This document shows, one piece after another, positions 59,348-64,000 of a stretch of 64,000 nt of DNA. The DNA comes from a virus (Duplodnaviria; Heunggongvirae; Uroviricota; Caudoviricetes). The position numbers and the translations under genes were made by a program. The notes beneath the pieces were generated by a model, which saw only the letters and a list, made by a program, of their open reading frames with translations, was not told the DNA's origin and ran no database searches. Position 1 is the first letter of the stretch, and each line of letters starts with the position of its first letter. The stretch lies in IMG/VR virus record IMGVR_UViG_2681813233_000007. The stretch is one strand, 5' to 3'.

Positions 59348-59722
59348 ATGCTTTATGAAATAGACGCAAGACTTCAAACGAATGAGAGCGGTGTCATTAT
59401 TGCAGAAGGAAGTACCGCAGCATGGATGGCCCGACTTGACGAGTGGCTACGAACCCCTGAAGGGAGTGTTTATGGTTTACCCTCTTGGGGGAATCCAATG
59501 GAAGAATTTAAGCATGAACCATTCGGCTCTGAAACTTCGCACATAGTTGAAGTGGCTATTGAAGGGAGAATGATGAAAAAACTACGACAAGACTTGCCAG
59601 GTTTGGATGTGGAGGGGATTCGTTGCACATCAATTTCTGAAGATTCTTTATTAATTAGTTTTTATGCGAAAGGTGGGAGCATGGATATTGTTATGCAGAA
59701 ATCAAGTGGGGTGGGCGCGTGA
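59348..59722 (+). CDS. baseplate wedge protein (gp25/GPW-like)
   Basis: 124 aa; size/position. Confidence 0.45.
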   Translation: MLYEIDARLQTNESGVIIAEGSTAAWMARLDEWLRTPEGSVYGLPSWGNPMEEFKHEPFGSETSHIVEVAIEGRMMKKLRQDLPGLDVEGIRCTSISEDSLLISFYAKGGSMDIVMQKSSGVGA

Positions 59723-61149
59723 CGATTACAGAATTACTGGACAAATTTAACGCTAAGTTAAATGAAAACACATGGTGGTCACGATTTGTAAATAGTCAGT
59801 TTGTGCAGATGCACGCTATATTCGGATCACAGCTTATTTATATTGCCCGTACATTTGCAAGCCGCGGCCTCACTGAGGGACTTATTTCAACGGCTACGCG
59901 CCGCTCAAGTATTTTAGCGGTTGCTGAAGACCGTAGTTACGTAGGGCGATTTGTTAGTGCTTCATACGGAACAACGTCTATAACTAATAAAACTGATCGG
60001 GATATTACGTTACCAGCCGGGGCTGAATTGCTTGCCAATGACCAAACACCTTTGGCAATTATTAACAGTGTTGTAATTCCTGCTGGAGGAACTGTTTCTG
60101 GCGTAGAAACTAAACAGCATGAAGCTGTTAGCGTTACATTTGATATTGAGAAGGAAACTTTATTTCTGACATTGTTGCTTTCCAGAGAGTTAACAAAAGA
60201 AGTTTCCAGTCTGGATGTTTATGTTATTACAGATGGCGTAGAAGAAAAATGGACATATAACCCATTATTTAGAATGTCCAGAGACAAGAGTAAGCACTAT
60301 TCATTGGCATATAAACCTACAGAACAACTTGGAGTCAAGTTTGGTGATGGTTCTATGGGTATGATGCCTCCAGCAGGCTGTCAGGTTCGAATCGATGTTA
60401 TGGCTAGCCTTGGCGACTATACTTTGGCTGAAGGACAAAAGTTAGAACCGGCTGGAAATATCGCTCAATATGTGGAGTCACTAGAGTTTAAAACTGATTC
60501 GATCATTACCGGTGGTAGTGGTATGGAAACTACAGAAGAAACTCGAAATCGTGCTCAGTATTATGTTGCATACGATGAACAAGTGGTATGGGGCGGTGAT
60601 TATCGCCAATTCATTCAGAATGTTGTTCATGGAACTTCATGGTTGAACGTTTGGGGCGAAGCGTTACAAGAGAAAATAACTGGGTTTGACGTTCGAAACA
60701 TCAACAAGATTTTCTTTTGCGGACATAAGCCAGGTGTAAGCCAGGCTCAGCTAAAATCAGAAATACTGAAAGCTCTAGAGAATGTTCCAAATGAGTTGAA
60801 CAAGCGGTTTGAGTATGTAGATACAAATGAACAACCATTTACTATAAAATTTACAGGTATTGCACGTAAAAATGTTCTGATAGACGACGCTCAAAATACT
60901 ATTAAAGCAGCGTTGGAAGATAATTTTGGTCGTGATTCGTCATCATTCAGTTTATTACTACAGAGTGATGATGATTCTCAGCAATGTTATGCACAGGTAA
61001 AAGTTAAAGATATTTGGCGAGTAATAGAGTCGCTGGATATGTTTCTCTCTTATGACATAACAATACAAAATATGAAAGATGCAGTTTACTTTAATGACTT
61101 CATTTATCTTGACGTGAAATCTTCAACGTTCAGTATTTCTTACCCGTAA
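59719..61149 (+). CDS. baseplate J-like protein
   Basis: 476 aa; coupled to flanking baseplate genes. Confidence 0.45.
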   Translation: MTITELLDKFNAKLNENTWWSRFVNSQFVQMHAIFGSQLIYIARTFASRGLTEGLISTATRRSSILAVAEDRSYVGRFVSASYGTTSITNKTDRDITLPAGAELLANDQTPLAIINSVVIPAGGTVSGVETKQHEAVSVTFDIEKETLFLTLLLSRELTKEVSSLDVYVITDGVEEKWTYNPLFRMSRDKSKHYSLAYKPTEQLGVKFGDGSMGMMPPAGCQVRIDVMASLGDYTLAEGQKLEPAGNIAQYVESLEFKTDSIITGGSGMETTEETRNRAQYYVAYDEQVVWGGDYRQFIQNVVHGTSWLNVWGEALQEKITGFDVRNINKIFFCGHKPGVSQAQLKSEILKALENVPNELNKRFEYVDTNEQPFTIKFTGIARKNVLIDDAQNTIKAALEDNFGRDSSSFSLLLQSDDDSQQCYAQVKVKDIWRVIESLDMFLSYDITIQNMKDAVYFNDFIYLDVKSSTFSISYP

Positions 61150-61159
61150 TGAGGTTAGC

Positions 61160-62005
61160 ATGAAAGATAATTGGCTTAAGGAACGATTAACTAAAGTAAA
61201 ACAGGATTCACATCTCTGGAGTGCATTTATAGACGCTTTACAGGATGTCTGGAATGAGGCAGTAGAACCAATATTAACAAGAATAAGTAACAGAAAATCC
61301 TTCTTCACTATGGACAGTGAGGATATGGATGCCCGCATTGCTGAATACGGGCGTTTTTTCGTTATCACTGAAAAAGATAAGGCTCGTAGGCCAATGCTGC
61401 TGGCACAACGTTTAGATGAAGTGCACTTTAAAGGCACTATCTTGCCAATTGAGCAGACATTCTGGCGTGAATTCGGTTGTATTCCTGTTAGTTGGGAACC
61501 GCTGTATGCACCTGTAAATATAGAAAAACACCCCTATGGTTCATATTTTGCGACCGAAATAGAAATACCTACGGCACAGGCTCAATTCGGTGAGTTCTTC
61601 CTGACATCAAGGGGGCTGGTCGTTGTTGATCAGAACAAGCTATATCGCTCATATGGAGAGCAGGATAAAGAAGCCGCTGTACAGAAATTGTTATCTGACT
61701 TCGAAACAGTAATAGCCCCTTTATTGCCATTGCATATTGTTTTTGATGGCGTCTCGTTTCGGCTTAGTGCTGTATTCCCTGAAGTGGCAGAAATACTAAA
61801 TTGCTTGTCTACGGATGTTTCGGTAATTGAAGGTGTTTATGTTACTGAGAGTATGGCTGATATGCTATCCCGTAGTGATACCTCCTGCCAGGTAGACAAT
61901 ATTTCTCTTAACGCCATACCGAACCGAACGGCAGAAAAGCAATTACATCTTGATGTAACCCCACTCGATGCGTGGCCTTTGGATTACCACCTTCAACCTG
62001 TTTAA
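61160..62005 (+). CDS. hypothetical baseplate/tail protein
   Basis: ORF track. Confidence 0.45.
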   Translation: MKDNWLKERLTKVKQDSHLWSAFIDALQDVWNEAVEPILTRISNRKSFFTMDSEDMDARIAEYGRFFVITEKDKARRPMLLAQRLDEVHFKGTILPIEQTFWREFGCIPVSWEPLYAPVNIEKHPYGSYFATEIEIPTAQAQFGEFFLTSRGLVVVDQNKLYRSYGEQDKEAAVQKLLSDFETVIAPLLPLHIVFDGVSFRLSAVFPEVAEILNCLSTDVSVIEGVYVTESMADMLSRSDTSCQVDNISLNAIPNRTAEKQLHLDVTPLDAWPLDYHLQPV

Positions 62006-62099
62006 TAATTCTTCCCCCGCATTTGGGGGAAGAACAACGGAAATCACAAACTGAGCATACTCTCCTTTGGTTCATTGCTTATGAAGGAGCTATGTTCGT

Positions 62100-62546
62100 A
62101 TGGCTGAAAATTTAAAGGCAAGAGATGGTAACCGCCTGTATAAGGCGCAATTGCTTTCCTACTATTATTCTCGCCGCGCAGAGTCGGCGATCGGCAAAGG
62201 TGCGCGTTTTGTTATCTCTAAGGCGTATTGGTGCAAATCTAGTCTGGTAACTGCTAATGGTGCAGGAGGCTGGAATATAGCGGACATTCCACTCGATTTT
62301 AAATTGAGTGACGCTCAACAGTTTGCCGTGTCCGATCTGATATTATCCAGCGTGGATGGGATTATCACTATCAATGCAGCCTTCCCTCAAGAAAGAATGC
62401 CGGATAACACGCCTTACGACTTTAACACGCTTGTGCTTGTTGATGCTGAGGAACAGGCTTTTGGTGTGCTTTGCACCCAGCAAGATACCCTCTATAAAGG
62501 TAAACGTTACAGTATTCTCATGACAATCGAGCAAGTTGAGGGTTGA
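62100..62546 (+). CDS. hypothetical tail protein
   Basis: ORF track. Confidence 0.45.
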   Translation: MAENLKARDGNRLYKAQLLSYYYSRRAESAIGKGARFVISKAYWCKSSLVTANGAGGWNIADIPLDFKLSDAQQFAVSDLILSSVDGIITINAAFPQERMPDNTPYDFNTLVLVDAEEQAFGVLCTQQDTLYKGKRYSILMTIEQVEG

Positions 62547-62548
62547 TT

Positions 62549-64000
62549 ATGGGGGCTGATAAAACGAACAACATAATGACACTATCCTCTGGTGTCTCAC
62601 AGCCTTTGCTTGCTGATGTTCAATATTTCGAACTCTATAGTAGTTCGGCTCTTAACAGAAAACTAAAAAATATTGTTTTGCCTGGCTTTTACTGTGGATT
62701 TGAACCAGTTCCCGGCACAGGGTTGAGCGTCCGTATAACTTCTGAAAATTCAGAAGGTAAAGGGGCTGCTTCAGTAGATGTGAATAATGTTCAGATATCC
62801 GTTCAGCAAATAGAAGATGTGACTGTCTCGGTAAAGGCAGGGGCTACCAACATTATTGTGCTGGAAGCCAATTTTGAACATGGTGTAAAAACGACACAGG
62901 TAGATAGCGCATCTTCTGTCAGTGCTGCAAGAATTTACGCGCGTACGGACAATACTATTGGGCAGAATCAAATTGAATTATGTCGAGTTATCGTGCCTAG
63001 CGGCGCAACGGCTGTGACTAAAGAAATGATTGTGCTTAAATACCGGGTTAACCGTGCTGTTGGTGTCGAATTCTCTAATGAAATAAGCAGTACAGAAGAA
63101 AGAAAAGCGGCTACACCTCTGGCTGTCAAAACTCTCCATGATTTGGTTGATACAAAAGCTCCGCTCGATAGTCCGCATCTGTCAGGTACGCCGACTTCGC
63201 CAACACCTGAACCCGGTACAAACAACACACAGATCGCAAATGCGGCCTTTGTCTATGCTGCTATAAATGCGCTTATCAATGGTGCTCCGGGAACGATGGA
63301 CACGCTGAAAGAAATTGCAGCAGCCATCAATAACGACCCAAAGTTCAGCGAAACTATCAATAACGCACTGGCTCTTAAAGCTCCTTTGGCAAGCCCGGCG
63401 TTTACAGGTACACCGACAGCGCCTACGGCCTCACAAGGAACAAATAGCACGCAGATTGCAAATACAGCCTTTGTTAAGGCAGCTATAACGACACTTATCA
63501 ACGGTGCGCCTAGCACATTGGATACGTTGAAAGAAATAGCGGCTGCGATCAATAACGACCCGAATTTCAGCACAACTATCAACAATGCCCTGGCTCTCAA
63601 AGCGCCTTTGGCAAGCCCTGCATTAACGGGTGTCCCTACTGCGCCGACCGCCGCACAGGGCACAAACAATACGCAGATCGCTACGACTGCTTACGTACGG
63701 GCTGCTATCTCTGCATTGGTCGGCTCATCACCTGAAGCTCTTGATACCCTGAATGAGCTTGCAGCAGCATTGGGCAATGACCCGAACTTTGCGACAACCA
63801 TGACAAATGCGCTGGCAGGCAAACAGCCTCTGGATGCAACTTTAACCGCGCTCGCTGGTCTTGCGACTGGTGCAAACAAACTGCCTTATTTCACCGGTAA
63901 GGATACGGTAGCGCAGACTGATTTAACGTCAGTCGGTCGCGATATTCTGGCTAAAACAAGCACACTGGCTGTTATCCAATACCTTGGTTTAAGAGAACTC
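62549..64000 (+). CDS. tail fibre protein (5' part; continues past window end)
   Basis: Own reading of open frame from ATG 62549 to window edge; three tandem ~72-aa repeats; C-terminal TALAGLATGANKLPYFTGKD...LAVIQYLGL resembles conserved tail-fibre segment. Confidence 0.8.
   Translation, partial: MGADKTNNIMTLSSGVSQPLLADVQYFELYSSSALNRKLKNIVLPGFYCGFEPVPGTGLSVRITSENSEGKGAASVDVNNVQISVQQIEDVTVSVKAGATNIIVLEANFEHGVKTTQVDSASSVSAARIYARTDNTIGQNQIELCRVIVPSGATAVTKEMIVLKYRVNRAVGVEFSNEISSTEERKAATPLAVKTLHDLVDTKAPLDSPHLSGTPTSPTPEPGTNNTQIANAAFVYAAINALINGAPGTMDTLKEIAAAINNDPKFSETINNALALKAPLASPAFTGTPTAPTASQGTNSTQIANTAFVKAAITTLINGAPSTLDTLKEIAAAINNDPNFSTTINNALALKAPLASPALTGVPTAPTAAQGTNNTQIATTAYVRAAISALVGSSPEALDTLNELAAALGNDPNFATTMTNALAGKQPLDATLTALAGLATGANKLPYFTGKDTVAQTDLTSVGRDILAKTSTLAVIQYLGLREL
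63173..63830. repeat. three tandem ~216-bp repeats inside the tail-fibre gene
   Basis: Repeated GTPTAPTA.QGTN.TQIAN.AFV.AAI..LINGAP.T.DTLKEIAAAINNDP.FS.TINNALALKAPLASPA units. Confidence 0.55.

Noticed and set aside
63253-63669. 138-aa minus-strand ORF with internal repeats
   Set aside because: Antisense image of the tandem repeats in the tail-fibre gene.

Overview
This 64-kb window reads as one contiguous piece of a P1-family phage-plasmid (a temperate myovirus kept as a low-copy plasmid prophage), closest to the D6 branch. Backbone evidence: a P1-type RepA replicon with incC/incA iterons and a DnaA-box/GATC origin (53.3-54.7 kb); phd-doc, humD, ppp, ref, hrdC and the bifunctional dmt methyltransferase; pacA/pacB terminase genes; and a Cre-family recombinase beside a 32-bp site that matches rox (the Dre target) rather than loxP. 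Virion genes occupy 46-53 kb and 54.7-64 kb, and the tail-fibre gene runs off the right edge. Content not explained by the P1 backbone: an intact host-type glnS; two non-P1 partition systems (ParM/ParR and a small ParA/RHH pair); a HigB/HigA toxin-antitoxin beside AT-rich membrane and secreted-protein genes; three proteins sharing a DUF2829-like (Tad2-like) domain; a catalytically degenerate terminase-ATPase paralogue; and a dispersed operator-like box. I found no rRNA, tRNA, CRISPR array, integrase or IS element. All names rest on motifs visible in the translations plus recollection of reference proteins; no database search was run, and many small ORFs remain hypothetical.
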